Shown piece after piece: positions 27,441 through 38,196 of a stretch of DNA of 64,000 bases. This DNA comes from Clostridiales bacterium. GTDB lineage: Bacteria; Bacillota; Sulfobacillia; RBS10-35. Under the pieces are notes generated by a model, which did not search any database, was not told where the DNA came from, and saw only the letters and a list, made by a program, of their open reading frames with translations. The DNA lies in NCBI GenBank assembly GCA_018729555.1, contig JAHHQG010000030.1:27697-91696 (forward strand). The letters are read 5' to 3'. The stretch's first letter is position 1, and every line of letters begins with the position of its first letter. Position numbers and translations under genes: made by a program.

Positions 27441-30116
27441 TTAAGGTACCATGCGGACGGCCCGCAAAAGGCGCGCCCGACCGTCATCCACAAAGGGGCT
27501 CTTCATGAGGGGGTTTCCCTGGCCCTTGATCCCCGCCCGGTCCGGGCCCTCCGCCAGCTGCCCCTCCCCCAAAAAGGCGGGGAGGTAAAGGAGGGGCTTG
27601 TATCGGCCATCCCGCCAGAGGGGGAATTGGTCCTTGTAATGGGGGCTGGCGGGATCCTCGGACTGGCCGCCGGGATACACCCCCATGGCCCAACCGCCGC
27701 CCCCCCTGGGGATCTCCACCACCTGGCGCCAGCTGGCGCTGTCGGAGTTGGTCACCCCACCCCCGCCATCGGCAGGGTAGGGCGGGATCCCCAAGGCTTT
27801 CACCTCCAAGAGGGAGGCCACCTGGCGGGTATGGAACATCCCCCACTGGAGATCCTTCAGGGCCACCCCCGGCTGTTCCTCCCCCAGCTGGTCCAGCGCC
27901 TTCTGCAGCGCCTTTAGCATCAAGGAGGGGATGGTCCGCACCTCCTCCGTCCCCGGATCCTCCAGCCAGATCTGCAAGGCCTCGTCCACCAAGGGCTGAT
28001 CCTCGGGGTGGGCCGCCACGTGAGTGAGGGCGTCGGCGGCGTGCATCAGGGGAGGCCAGCTGGCCTTCAGCGAGAGGCCCGGCTCGTTTTTGAGCCCGGC
28101 CCAGCTCCACCAGGGATCGAAGATCTCCAGGACGTAAGCATCCCAGAACTTTTGCCAGATGGCAGGGCCCGGTTCCCCAACCCGCATCTCGCTGTCCCAC
28201 GCCTCCAGAATATCCGCCGCCTCCCGTTGGGCGGCCGAGGCGTCGGGCGCCTGGCGCACCACCGACACCAGGAATGCCTTGTGGCGGGCTGCCAGAGGAT
28301 TATGGAGGGAGAGCTGCAGCCGTGCCATGTCATCAAAGGTCAAGGGCCGGTCGCGGTTCAGGAATTCGAAGATGGTCTGGGAGCGGTTCCCAAAGTCCCA
28401 ATCCAACCCCGATACCCCCACGTAATAGGGGTAATCGGGCGGCATGTTCCGCTGGTTAGCGCTCCACACAAAGCCCCAAGGGGGATTTTCCGTCTGGGGG
28501 ATGTAGGCGTAGGGGATGAGGCCGATCCAGTCGCTGGGCCCTTCGCCGTCGAGGATCCGCCAGGGAGCCCCTTCCCGGGGATCCACCACCGGGTAATACC
28601 CGGCGGAAATCACGCCGATGTCCCCCTGGGCCGTGGCATAGGCGAAGTTCTGGGTGGGTGCACCCCACCACTGAAGCGCCTCTTTCACATCGGCCGCCGT
28701 TTTGGCCTGCATCAGGAGGTAGAGGGCCTTCACGTCGAGGGAGTAGAGGTTTCCCGTGTAGGCGAGGGAGATGGTTTCCCCCTCGGGATAGGGGAAGCGG
28801 TGCCGGAAGTTGGGCCCGAGATCGCTGATGACAGGGCCATGGACCGACCAGCGGATCTGCAGGACCACATCCTCTTGGCCTCGGACGGGGATGGTCACGC
28901 GGACGTTATGGAACTCCTTCAGCTGGCCATCATGCCAATAGCGGCCCCCTGTCTCATCGACCTTTTCCCGGTAGTAGAAGACTTGCTGATTCTGGGTGTT
29001 GGTGAGGGACCAAGCCACATAAGGCGTTCGCCCGATGATGATCCCCGGCGTCCCCGGGATGGAGACGCCGTAAGCGTCCACCTTCGGGGAGCGCAGCTGC
29101 ACCTCATACCAGATGGCCGGAAGAGTGAGGTCCAGATGGGGATCTCCCGCCATGAGGGAGTTGCCGCTGGCGCTCCGCTGGGGAGCCACCGCCCAGTTGT
29201 CGCTGGCTCCTTCCCCAAAGGCGAGGGCGTCCCAGACCTGGGCCACCCATGCCAACCCCACCTGGACGGCCGCCGCGCTGGGGGCACCGGGTCCGAGGCG
29301 GGTGCGGGGATAGGCCTGGGGCGCTTCCAGGAGGTCCAACCGACGGTCCTCGTAGGTCTTCACGTCGGGGATGGGCTCAGGGGGAAAAGGCCCCGTGTGG
29401 TAGGGCTGCTGCCGCATAAAGGGGAGGCGAGCCGTCACCGGAACTGGCGTCGCCAGGGTATCCACCCGCTCCGGCCCCAAGGCCCGCGATAACCCGTCGT
29501 AGATGAGGGGCACAGTGGTAAAGGCCAGCCGCTGGGTCATGAGGAGCTGGATGAGAAAGCTATCCACCGTGGACCACTCGTAGGGTTCGTACTTCAAAAG
29601 GCGGAAGAAAGGTGCGAGCTTATGGGTCCTTTTAGCCTCCTGGATCCAGGCGTTGACCCCCTGGGTATAGGCCTCCACCAGCTGATAGGTCTCGGGGTCG
29701 GTGGCCTTCATACGGGCGGCTGTGGCTTCCGCCACCCGCCGCAGGCCCAGGGCCCCTTGGATGGCGTCGCTTTCCACAGCCAAAGGACCCAGGATTTCCG
29801 CCAGGCGGCCCCCTGCCATGCGGCGCATGAGATCCATCTGGACCAAGCGATCCCGGGCCACCAGGTATCCCTCTACCAGGTAGAGGTCCCAGTCGTTTTG
29901 GGCAAAGATATGGGGGATACCGTAGGCATCCCAATCCACCTCTACAGGTTCCTTGAGGCCGGGAAGCCGGAGCTGGCCGCGGGGAAGGTCGGCGTAGGCA
30001 GCCGCCACGCCGGTGCCTGGATTGAAGGTGGACCCCAAGGGGGGGAGGGGTCCCAAGGGAAGGGCCAAAAGGCCCAGCAAAAGGGCGCTTGCCAACCAAA
30101 AGGCAAAGGTCTTCAT
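27441..30116 (-). CDS. Penicillin acylase family Ntn-hydrolase (S45), paralog 2
   Basis: Same motif set as paralog 1, with G-A-SDNWAV at the beta-chain start; start set at MKTFAFW by analogy with paralog 1. Confidence 0.92.
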   Translation of the reverse strand: MKTFAFWLASALLLGLLALPLGPLPPLGSTFNPGTGVAAAYADLPRGQLRLPGLKEPVEVDWDAYGIPHIFAQNDWDLYLVEGYLVARDRLVQMDLMRRMAGGRLAEILGPLAVESDAIQGALGLRRVAEATAARMKATDPETYQLVEAYTQGVNAWIQEAKRTHKLAPFFRLLKYEPYEWSTVDSFLIQLLMTQRLAFTTVPLIYDGLSRALGPERVDTLATPVPVTARLPFMRQQPYHTGPFPPEPIPDVKTYEDRRLDLLEAPQAYPRTRLGPGAPSAAAVQVGLAWVAQVWDALAFGEGASDNWAVAPQRSASGNSLMAGDPHLDLTLPAIWYEVQLRSPKVDAYGVSIPGTPGIIIGRTPYVAWSLTNTQNQQVFYYREKVDETGGRYWHDGQLKEFHNVRVTIPVRGQEDVVLQIRWSVHGPVISDLGPNFRHRFPYPEGETISLAYTGNLYSLDVKALYLLMQAKTAADVKEALQWWGAPTQNFAYATAQGDIGVISAGYYPVVDPREGAPWRILDGEGPSDWIGLIPYAYIPQTENPPWGFVWSANQRNMPPDYPYYVGVSGLDWDFGNRSQTIFEFLNRDRPLTFDDMARLQLSLHNPLAARHKAFLVSVVRQAPDASAAQREAADILEAWDSEMRVGEPGPAIWQKFWDAYVLEIFDPWWSWAGLKNEPGLSLKASWPPLMHAADALTHVAAHPEDQPLVDEALQIWLEDPGTEEVRTIPSLMLKALQKALDQLGEEQPGVALKDLQWGMFHTRQVASLLEVKALGIPPYPADGGGGVTNSDSASWRQVVEIPRGGGGWAMGVYPGGQSEDPASPHYKDQFPLWRDGRYKPLLYLPAFLGEGQLAEGPDRAGIKGQGNPLMKSPFVDDGRARLLRAVRMVP

Positions 30117-30207
30117 GGAGCTGGGTATTCGATGAGGCGGGAAGAACTCCTTTCTCGCCCCCAAAAGGCGGCGTCCCCCTTCTTCTTTCCCAACGTCCCG
30201 GCTCACC

Positions 30208-30784
30208 GTGCTGAAGAAGGAAGAAGGCGGCGTGAGGGCCAACTCTTGTGGTGATTCGGACACAAGAAGGAGGTCTCCTGCCGCTTCTGGAGAAGGTATG
30301 GCGAACGTGCTGGGCGTGAAAGGGTGGATGGTTTACAAAGTCGAAACCGGGACTGACGAGGCCGATGTCTACGTAGGACGGCCCAAGAAAGAGGCGCGCT
30401 GCCCCCACTGTGGTGCCGTGACTCGCCATACAGGGATAAAATCTTCAGGGTGGTGACGGCGACGCGTGCGTGGGAAATCGTGCCATCCGGGGAGCCCCGA
30501 AGGACCTGTCACCAAGGATCAAGGTACTGGTCAGGTCTTCCGCCTGTGTTCCTTGCCGTGCCTCCACAGCCATCCGTTCGGCCCATTGCGCCATCTGCTC
30601 CACAGGCGGTATCCTTTTCATAGGTCTGGGCCTCCTTCGGTGTTTCCCTTTCCGGGGTCTTTTTTGTGCTACCACCGATGGTTGTCCAGCCCCCTCTCTT
30701 TTTACAGACACCTTAAGCCATGATTTCTGGGCGTTCTGCCATGGTTTTCCTTGGAACTGACATCACGCTCATTGGCGTACAGCC
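30208..30784 (+). mobile_element. Decayed ISL3-family remnant (copy A)
   Basis: 30234-30425 is near-identical to the 5' part of copy B (MANVLG..ARCPHCGAVT). 30736-30784 matches copy B's right end, including a degenerate inverted repeat. Confidence 0.8.
30536..30712 (-). mobile_element. Possible left-end fragment of a second IS (IS256-like) nested in ISL3 copy A
   Basis: GGTGTCTGTAAAAAG end, SD AAGGAGG and MKRIPP.. ORF start; interrupts sequence homologous to the ISL3 3' end. Confidence 0.35.
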
Positions 30785-31167
30785 GCCTGCCGTGCGTTTC
30801 CGGTAATATTTTTGAAGACCCATCGTGGAAGACCATCATATATACCCAGCAGAATTAGCAGCTTAATAGACAAGTCCTGCACAAGATTTGGGTATACCGA
30901 TGGCTGCGTAAGGGTAACGACCATGGCTCCGGTTACCATGCCCACGAGAAATGTTTGAACCGGCAGAGGTAATGGTAACTCCGAACCCAACGAGGCTTGG
31001 AAGAACCTTGCGGTGGCTCCGATGAAGAATACGGCCGACCAAACGCCTAGAAACGGGCGGGGTGTTCGGAAAATATCGTTGTCATACGCTACAAAGACTA
31101 TGCTCGCGGCGAAGAGCATTCCGAGGATCCTCAGCCCCCAACGATAGGCCAACCGAGACCCGTCCAT
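30769..31167 (-). CDS. Lower-GC hypothetical membrane protein, 3' end supplied by the IS end
   Basis: About 4 TM segments; visibly AT-richer than the flanks; stop codon falls inside the degenerate ISL3 right IR. Confidence 0.55.
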   Translation of the reverse strand: MDGSRLAYRWGLRILGMLFAASIVFVAYDNDIFRTPRPFLGVWSAVFFIGATARFFQASLGSELPLPLPVQTFLVGMVTGAMVVTLTQPSVYPNLVQDLSIKLLILLGIYDGLPRWVFKNITGNARQAAVRQ

Positions 31168-31273
31168 GTCTGCCACCACGCCCTTTCTAAGACATACGTC
31201 TCTTCTCGACGCCAATTCCTCCCATATTTACTCCATGGGAGGATTAGGGCACCGGGTACATGAATGCTGCCAG

Positions 31274-31405
31274 CTACGACAACAGTGGATTAGCGCGTTT
31301 AAGCCGGCCGCCGCCCTCGGCCTCGACCTGCGCTGCCAACCGGGTGCAAAACCCGCAGCCGGAGTCGAACAGTAGATAGCGCCGCCCTTGGGAATCGCGA
31401 TTCAT
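31274..31405 (-). pseudogene. Truncated DCC1/DUF393 thiol-disulfide oxidoreductase fragment
   Basis: SD GGAGGGG, then MNRDSQGRRYLLFDSGCGFCTRLAAQV.. (DxxCxxC); stops after 43 aa. Confidence 0.55.
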
Positions 31406-31517
31406 GGGGCATCCCCCTCCCATGTTAAAAGTCGATCAGGGGGTCCGTTGTCCCCGATCAGGCAACCCCCTCCGTCGAGACCACCGTAGTCGCCAATGGG
31501 AACCGCCCCCAGAAAAA

Positions 31518-32316
31518 GGCTCTTAAACAATAAGTGTGGTGGAGAAGAATAAAGGCGGCAGGAGGGCCAACTCTTGTGGTGATTCGGACACAAGAAGGAG
31601 GTCTTTTGCCGCTTATGAAGAAGGGTATGGCGAATATGTTGGGCCTGGAAGGGTGGATGGTTTACAAAGTCGAGACCCGGCGTGACGAGGCCGGTGTCTA
31701 CGTAGGGAGGCCCAAGAAAGAGGCGCGCTGCCCCCACTGTGGTGCCGTGACCCGCCGCGTCCATAGCCGTTCTAAGGCATGGCGCAGGGTGTTTCATGGC
31801 ACGGTTGTGGGGCGCAAGGCATTCCTTCGCATACGGCCCCGGCGGTTTTACTGTGGGAGCTGTAAGAAAGCCTTTACCGAAACCTTTCCGGGTATCGAGA
31901 AGTGGTCCAGGCGGACGATTCAAAGGAAGAGGCGATCCTCTCCCACCTGGTGGGGACCAGCCTTCACCAGGCGGCCAAGCGTAACGGGGTGGGAGACGGA
32001 GGGGTCCGGCGGGTGCTGAAGCGCCGGGTCATGGGTGAAGTTCCGATGGAAGTGGCCTTGGAAGGGTTGTCGGAGGTGGTGCTGGGCATCGATGAGCACA
32101 GCTTCCGGGGCCAAAAGATGATGATCACGGTGACCTCTTTGGCGCCTGTAAGGCGGCTTTTGGCCATCTTACCGGAGGGCACCCCCACCAAGATCAAGCT
32201 CTTGAAACGCTTGAGTTATGGGTTCAGGAACGCGGAAACCTATATCCGCAAGATGCTTTTGGGCCTCCTGCCATGGTTTCTCTTGGAACTGACACCACAC
32301 TTATTGGCGTAGGCCC
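31518..32316 (+). mobile_element. Internally deleted ISL3-family element (copy B)
   Basis: 24-bp imperfect IRs GGCTCTTAAACAATAAGTGTGGTG and GGGCCTACGCCAATAAGTGTGGTG; no target duplication seen. Confidence 0.88.
31627..32312 (+). pseudogene. ISL3 transposase pseudogene
   Basis: CPHCG..RRFYCGSC zinc finger, frameshift near 31920, LGIDEHSFRG, then a jump near 32172 to EG..TKIKLLKRLSYGFRN (catalytic core deleted). Confidence 0.88.
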
Positions 32317-32396
32317 GCTTTCCCTTGACTATTTCCTCCCGCCGTAGGACAAAGAGGGATGAATCGTTTCGACAGAGGAGGTGAAGGGGCCGTCCC

Positions 32397-33896
32397 ATGG
32401 GTGGCCCCTCCTCGTTGAAGTTCCTTCCTTACGTCGGCGCTCTCGCCGTCATCGTGGCGGTGACGGCCCTTGGCAAATGGGTCCTCCCCACTTACGATCC
32501 CTCTGCCATCGCCGTGATCTACGTCCTTTCCGTGGTGGTCTCGGGCCTCCTCTGGGGACAGGGGCCCGCCGTCCTGGCGGCCGTGGGGAGCATCGCCGCC
32601 TTCGATTATTTTTTTGTGCCCCCCACGGGAACCCTCGCCATCGGCCGCCAGAGCTTTCTCCTCACCTCCGTCGCCCTTTTTCTCGTGGCCCTGGCGGTCG
32701 GGAACGTCACGGGGCGGCTGGCCGACCATGTGCGGGCCCTTCGGGAGAGGGAAGCCGAAACCCTGGCCCTCTACGAATTCACCCGCAGCCTGGCGCCCGC
32801 CCGGGGGATCACGGAGATCAGCAAGACAGCCCTCCGCCAGATCGAGTACAGCTTCCACGTCCGGGGAAGCATCGCCCTCTTGGACGTGGGGCGGCCCGGC
32901 TTCCACCTGGTGGTCCTGGGGGAGCCCCTTTCGCCCGAAGCGGAGGCCCATTGCCTGGCCCTTCTTAGGGGCGAGGAGAGCCCTCCCCCTCCGCCGGCAG
33001 AAGAAGAGGTGCGGACCCTCTACTTCCCCCTGGAGACGGCCGACCACCGCTTCGGCGTCCTGGTCCTTCCTTGGAAAGGACCGGGGCCCAAACCGGTGGA
33101 GCGGCGGCTTTTAGAGGCCTTTGCCAGCCAGATCGCCGTCCTTTTGGAGCGGGCCCAGCTCCACGAGGCGGCCCGGGAAGCCCAGATGGAGGAGGAGCGG
33201 GACAAGCTGCGGGAAGCCCTCTTCCACTCTATCTCCCGCTCCCTGAGAACGCCCCTTGCCTCCATCCAGAGCCGCCTCACAGCCCTCTTGCAGGAGGGGG
33301 ATCTCCTTTCCCCCGAAACCCGCCAGGCCCTTGAGGAAACCTTGGAGGAAGTCCAGCACCTCAGCTGGCTGGTCCACAACCTTTTGGACATGACCCGCCT
33401 GCGGGCAGGTCGCCTCCACCTAAACGTCGACTGGCACGAGCCGAGGGCGCTGGTGGGGGCCGCCCTGGAGGAAGCCCGGCTCCTTTTGAAGGGCCGCCCC
33501 CTGGAGGTGAACATTCCGGAGGACCTCCCTGCCCTTCCCACCGACCTGGTCCTTTTGGTCCACGCCATGGTGAACCTTTTGCAAAACGCGGTGGAGTATT
33601 CGCCGGCGGGGAGCCCCATCCACATCGAAGCGTGGAGGGAGAACGGAGGGGTGGCTTTCGCCATCACCGACGAAGGTCCCGGGGCCCCGGAGGACCAGCT
33701 GCCCCACCTCTTCAAGGAATTTTTCCGCGGGACATCCCGGGAGCCTTCCCTCGGGGTGGGGCTGGGGCTGGCGATCGCCAAAGGCATTGTGGAAGCCCAC
33801 GGGGGGCGGATCTGGGCGGAAAATGCGCCGGGAAAGGGCCTTCGCATCACCTTTACCCTCCCCACCCGCTCCCGCACCATGGATGACTGGGTCTGA
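32397..33896 (+). CDS. KdpD C-terminal half (DUF4118 TMs-GAF-HisKA-HATPase) lacking the canonical phospho-His
   Basis: AFDYFFVPP TM block, SISRSLRTPL H-box, NLLDMTRL, NLLQNAVEYS, DEGPG and GLGLAIAKGIVEAHGG. Confidence 0.88.
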   Translation: MGGPSSLKFLPYVGALAVIVAVTALGKWVLPTYDPSAIAVIYVLSVVVSGLLWGQGPAVLAAVGSIAAFDYFFVPPTGTLAIGRQSFLLTSVALFLVALAVGNVTGRLADHVRALREREAETLALYEFTRSLAPARGITEISKTALRQIEYSFHVRGSIALLDVGRPGFHLVVLGEPLSPEAEAHCLALLRGEESPPPPPAEEEVRTLYFPLETADHRFGVLVLPWKGPGPKPVERRLLEAFASQIAVLLERAQLHEAAREAQMEEERDKLREALFHSISRSLRTPLASIQSRLTALLQEGDLLSPETRQALEETLEEVQHLSWLVHNLLDMTRLRAGRLHLNVDWHEPRALVGAALEEARLLLKGRPLEVNIPEDLPALPTDLVLLVHAMVNLLQNAVEYSPAGSPIHIEAWRENGGVAFAITDEGPGAPEDQLPHLFKEFFRGTSREPSLGVGLGLAIAKGIVEAHGGRIWAENAPGKGLRITFTLPTRSRTMDDWV

Positions 33897-33935
33897 GGTG
33901 GAAGTGGAAAAGGCTTTTCCGTGGAGGCATACTGG

Positions 33936-35600
33936 ATGGCGATGTTAGGCGTGTGGCTCCTCCTCCTTCTCGCCCTCATCCTCGGGATCCCTACAGGACG
34001 CTATCTCTATGCCGTCTTTTTGGCCGAAAAGTCACCCGGGGACCGGTGGCTCCTCCCCCTGGAACGGGCTCTCCTTCGCCTGGTGGGGGTCCGGGAACCC
34101 CACCCCATGGACTGGAAAACCTACAGCGCCGCCGTCATCGGTTCCAACGGCTTCATGGCCCTCTTGGGGTATTTCATCCTGCGCCAGCAGGGGAGCCTTC
34201 CCTGGAACCCCCTGGGGGTCCCCGGCATGAGCTGGCATTTGGCCTTCAACACCGTCGCTTCCTTCATCACCAACACTAACCTCCAGCACTACGCCGGCGA
34301 AGCCCAGATCAGCCCCCTCTCCCAGATGTTGGTCATCACCTTCCTCATGCACGCCAGCGCCGCCACGGGCCTGGCGGCGGGCATCGCCTTCATCCGGGGT
34401 CTGACGGGCCGGCCCCTGGGGAATTTCTGGTGGGATCTCATCAAAGCATCCCTGCGGGTCCTCTGGCCGGCTTCCCTTTTGGTGAGCCTCCTCCTCGTCT
34501 CCCAGGGGGTGCCCCAGACCTTCACCTTCGTGCGGGAGGCCCACACCCTGGAAGGACCCCTCCAGACCGTCCTCACAGGCCCCATCGCCAGCTTTGAGAG
34601 CATCAAGCACCTGGGGACCAATGGAGGCGGCTACTTCAACGCCAACGCCGCCCACCCCTTCGAAAACCCCACCCCCTTCACCAACCTCCTCCACATGCTC
34701 TCCATGATGTGGATCCCCGTCGCCCTCCTCTTCACCTTCGGCCATGCCGCCCAAAACCGGAGGCTTCCCTGGGTCCTCTTCGGCGCCGCGGGGATCATCT
34801 TCGTGGGGCTCCACGGGCTCCTCCTCCATGCCGAAGGTTCCGGGAACCCCCTCATCCACCAGCTGGGGATCGCCGGCCCCAACTGGGAGGGGAAGGAGGT
34901 CCGCTTCGGGATAGAGGGGACCAGCCTCTTTGTGAGCGTCACCACCGGAGCCACCACCGGATCGGTGGATAGCGCCCACGGAAGCCTCATGCCCTGGGGC
35001 CAGCTGGTGCCCCTTTTGCAGATGATGCTCAACGCCGTCTTCGGGGGCATCGGGGTGGGGGCCATGAACCTTTTGGCCATGGCCCTCCTGACGGTCTTCC
35101 TCATCGGCCTCATGGTGGGGCGTACCCCGGAGTTTTTGGGGCGGAAGGTGGAGCAGCGGGAGATGGCTCTCTTGGCGGCTGTCATCCTCATCCACCCCGT
35201 CATCATCCTTATCCCCACAGCCCTCGCCCTCTCCCTGCCCCAGGGCGTCGAGGGCCTGACGGCCTCCACCTTCCAAGGGCTCACCCAGGCCCTTTACGAA
35301 TACACGTCGGCCGCCGCCAACAACGGCTCCGGCATGGGCATCAACGGAGATCAGCCCTTCTGGAACGTCAGCACCGGCCTGGTGATGCTCCTCGGCCGCT
35401 ACCCGTCCATCGTCCTCCTCTTGGCCGTGGCCGACAGCCTGCGGAAGAAGAAGGCCGCCCCCTTGGGGCCGGGGTCCCTCCGCCTGGATACAGGCCTTTT
35501 CGCCGGCATTCTGGCCTTCATGATGCTCCTTTTGGGCGCCTTAAACTTCTTCCCGGCCCTGGCTCTGGGTCCCCTGGCCCAAGCCTTCATGCTTCCTTAA
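33936..35600 (+). CDS. kdpA: K+-transporting ATPase subunit A
   Basis: [35 protein letters not shown] and SAAANNGS. Confidence 0.96.
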   Translation: MAMLGVWLLLLLALILGIPTGRYLYAVFLAEKSPGDRWLLPLERALLRLVGVREPHPMDWKTYSAAVIGSNGFMALLGYFILRQQGSLPWNPLGVPGMSWHLAFNTVASFITNTNLQHYAGEAQISPLSQMLVITFLMHASAATGLAAGIAFIRGLTGRPLGNFWWDLIKASLRVLWPASLLVSLLLVSQGVPQTFTFVREAHTLEGPLQTVLTGPIASFESIKHLGTNGGGYFNANAAHPFENPTPFTNLLHMLSMMWIPVALLFTFGHAAQNRRLPWVLFGAAGIIFVGLHGLLLHAEGSGNPLIHQLGIAGPNWEGKEVRFGIEGTSLFVSVTTGATTGSVDSAHGSLMPWGQLVPLLQMMLNAVFGGIGVGAMNLLAMALLTVFLIGLMVGRTPEFLGRKVEQREMALLAAVILIHPVIILIPTALALSLPQGVEGLTASTFQGLTQALYEYTSAAANNGSGMGINGDQPFWNVSTGLVMLLGRYPSIVLLLAVADSLRKKKAAPLGPGSLRLDTGLFAGILAFMMLLLGALNFFPALALGPLAQAFMLP

Positions 35601-35613
35601 AGGAGGTGGTGCC

Positions 35614-37611
35614 ATGCCTTACCTGGGAGCCTTGAAAGTCGCCCTGTCCAAGCTGAATCCCCTCTACCTTTGGCGAAACCCCGTCCTTTTGACGGTGGAA
35701 GCCGGAGCCCTCTGGGCCACCTACGAAGCCCTCTTTACCCCCCAGGGCGGCCCCTTCCCCCTCCTCGTCGCCGTCATCCTCTGGCTGACGGTGCTCCTCG
35801 GCACCTGGGCCGAATCCTTGGCCGAAGCCCAGGGCAAGGCCCGGGCGGAAAGCCTCCGGCGCACCCGCCAGGAAACCATGGCCAAAAAGCTGACGGGGAA
35901 GGACCGGGAGTACCGGCTGGTGCCGGCCTCCAGCCTGCGGAAGGGGGACCGGGTCCTGGTGGAAGCCGGCGACATCATCCCCGGCGACGGCACCGTCCTG
36001 GAGGGCATCGCCACCGTGGACGAATCGGCCATCACCGGTGAATCGGCCCCCGTTCTCAAAGAACCGGGAACCGACGTGGCTTCCAGCGTCACCGCCGGCA
36101 CCCAGGTGGTGAGCGACTGGCTCATCATCCAGATCGACGTCAACCCGGGGGAAAGCTACCTGGACCACATGATCCGCCTGGTGGAAGGCGCCACCCGCAA
36201 GCCCACCCCCAACGAACAGGCCCTCCAGGTCCTCCTCGTCGCCCTCACCCTCATCTTCGCCCTGGTGGTGCTGACCCTCTGGCCCTTGGCCCGCTTCCTC
36301 GGGGCTACCCTCGACCCCGTCTACGGCATCGCCCTCTATGTCTGCCTCATCCCCACCACCATCGCCGCCCTCCTCAGCGCCGTGGGCATCGCCGGGATGA
36401 ACCGGGTGGCCCAGTTCAACGTCCTCGCCTTGAGCGGCCGGGCCGTGGAAGCCGCGGGGGATGTGGACGTCCTCCTCCTGGACAAGACGGGCACCATCAC
36501 CTACGGCCACCGGATGGCCGCCCAGTTCATCCCCGTGGGCGGCCACAGCGAGATGGAGCTCATCGCCGCCGCCCTGCGGACATCGGTGGCCGACGAAACC
36601 CCCGAAGGCCGCTCCATCGTGGCCCTGGCCCGGGAAAAAGGCGTCCTCCCCGGGGAAGAATCCCCCGGCACCACCTTCATCCCCTTTGCGGCGGAAACCC
36701 GCATGAGCGGCATCGACACCCCCGACGGCCTTCGACTCCGGAAAGGCGCCGCCGATGCCGTGGAAGCGTGGGTGAAGGCGCAGGGAGGCACCATCCCCCC
36801 CGACCTCCAGGCCGCCGTGGAGAAAGTCTCCCTAGAGGGAGGAACGCCGCTGGTGGTGGCCCAGAACCAAGAGATCCTGGGGGTCATCTACCTCAAGGAC
36901 ACGGTCAAGGAGGGCCTCAAGGAGCGGTTTGCCGAGCTTCGGAAGATGGGCGTCCGGACCATCATGTGCACCGGCGACAACCGCCTCACCGCCGCCACCA
37001 TCGCCCGGGAAGTGGGGGTGGACGAATACCTGGCGGAAGTCACCCCCGAAGCCAAGATGGAGAGGATCCGCAAGGAGCAGGCCGCCGGCCACCTGGTGGC
37101 CATGACGGGGGACGGCACCAACGATGCCCCGGCCCTGGCCCTGGCCGATGTGGGCCTGGCCATGCAGAGCGGCACCCAGCCCGCCAAGGAGGCCGCCAAC
37201 ATGGTGGACCTGGACTCGGACCCCACCAAGCTCCTGGACGTCATCGCCATCGGCAAGCAGCTCCTCATCACCCGGGGCGCCCTCACCACCTTTTCCATCG
37301 CCAACGATGTGGCCAAGTACTTCGCCATCCTGCCGGCCCTTTTGGCCCCCGGCATCCCCGCCCTTGAGGCCTTGAACATCATGCACCTCCACTCCCCCCA
37401 GGCGGCCATCCTCTCGGCCGTCCTCTTCAACGCCCTCATCATCCCGGCCCTCATCCCCCTGGCTTTGAGGGGCGTCAGGTACCGGCCCGCCCCCGCTCAG
37501 GCCCTCTTGGTCCGGAACATGGCCCTTTACGGGGTGGGGGGCGTCCTCCTCCCCTTTTTCGGCATCAAGCTTTTGGACCTGCTGGTGACGGCCGTGGGGG
37601 TGGTGCCGTGA
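35614..37611 (+). CDS. kdpB: K+-transporting ATPase subunit B
   Basis: TGES, CLIPTTI, DKTGT, KGA and GDGTNDAP. Confidence 0.97.
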   Translation: MPYLGALKVALSKLNPLYLWRNPVLLTVEAGALWATYEALFTPQGGPFPLLVAVILWLTVLLGTWAESLAEAQGKARAESLRRTRQETMAKKLTGKDREYRLVPASSLRKGDRVLVEAGDIIPGDGTVLEGIATVDESAITGESAPVLKEPGTDVASSVTAGTQVVSDWLIIQIDVNPGESYLDHMIRLVEGATRKPTPNEQALQVLLVALTLIFALVVLTLWPLARFLGATLDPVYGIALYVCLIPTTIAALLSAVGIAGMNRVAQFNVLALSGRAVEAAGDVDVLLLDKTGTITYGHRMAAQFIPVGGHSEMELIAAALRTSVADETPEGRSIVALAREKGVLPGEESPGTTFIPFAAETRMSGIDTPDGLRLRKGAADAVEAWVKAQGGTIPPDLQAAVEKVSLEGGTPLVVAQNQEILGVIYLKDTVKEGLKERFAELRKMGVRTIMCTGDNRLTAATIAREVGVDEYLAEVTPEAKMERIRKEQAAGHLVAMTGDGTNDAPALALADVGLAMQSGTQPAKEAANMVDLDSDPTKLLDVIAIGKQLLITRGALTTFSIANDVAKYFAILPALLAPGIPALEALNIMHLHSPQAAILSAVLFNALIIPALIPLALRGVRYRPAPAQALLVRNMALYGVGGVLLPFFGIKLLDLLVTAVGVVP

Positions 37612-38177
37612 AGGGCGAACTCTGGCGGAGCCTCCGCGCCGCCCTCCTCTTCTTCCTCGCCACCGGGGTTCTCCTCCCCCTTTTGACCACCGGCCTGGCG
37701 GAGGTGTTCTTCCCCCGCCAGGCCCAGGGAAGCCTCCTCTACGATGACGAGGGTATCCTTCGGGGATCTCGACTCATCGGCCAGGCCTTCACCGGGCCCC
37801 AGTGGTTCCACGGCCGGCCCTCCGCCTCCGGCTACGATCCCCTGGATTCGGGGTCCCCCCAGCTGGGCCCCCTGGATCCCCGGCGGCTGGAAGCGGCCCG
37901 GAAGGCCCAGGAAAGGTGGACGGCCGACCATCCCGGGATCCCCATCCCACCCGAACTGGCGGCCCTTTCCGCTTCGGGTCTCGACCCCCACATCACCCGC
38001 GAAGCAGCCTTGGCCCAGGTGCCCCGCATCGCCCGGGAACGGGGCATCCCCGAGGAGGAACTCATCCGCCTGGTGGACAGCCTCACGGAACGGAGCTTTG
38101 GCTTTTTGGGAAACCCTCCTCGAGTGAACGTCCTCCTCTTAAACTGGAAACTGGCCCAGCTTTCAGGAAGACCCTGA
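37608..38177 (+). CDS. kdpC: K+-transporting ATPase subunit C
   Basis: [22 protein letters not shown] and VNVLLLN. Confidence 0.95.
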   Translation: MKGELWRSLRAALLFFLATGVLLPLLTTGLAEVFFPRQAQGSLLYDDEGILRGSRLIGQAFTGPQWFHGRPSASGYDPLDSGSPQLGPLDPRRLEAARKAQERWTADHPGIPIPPELAALSASGLDPHITREAALAQVPRIARERGIPEEELIRLVDSLTERSFGFLGNPPRVNVLLLNWKLAQLSGRP

Positions 38178-38196
38178 GGGCCGGAGGAGGAACCCC

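Noticed and set aside
30117-30263. N-terminal extension of acylase 2 given in the ORF track
   Set aside because: It runs into ISL3 sequence; the paralog alignment supports MKTF as the start.
32317-32396. c-di-AMP (ydaO) riboswitch upstream of the kdp cluster
   Set aside because: Only about 80 nt lie between the IS end and the start codon, too short for the motif.
33897-33935. kdpF
   Set aside because: The gap is too short for the roughly 29-aa peptide and no separate hydrophobic mini-ORF is visible.
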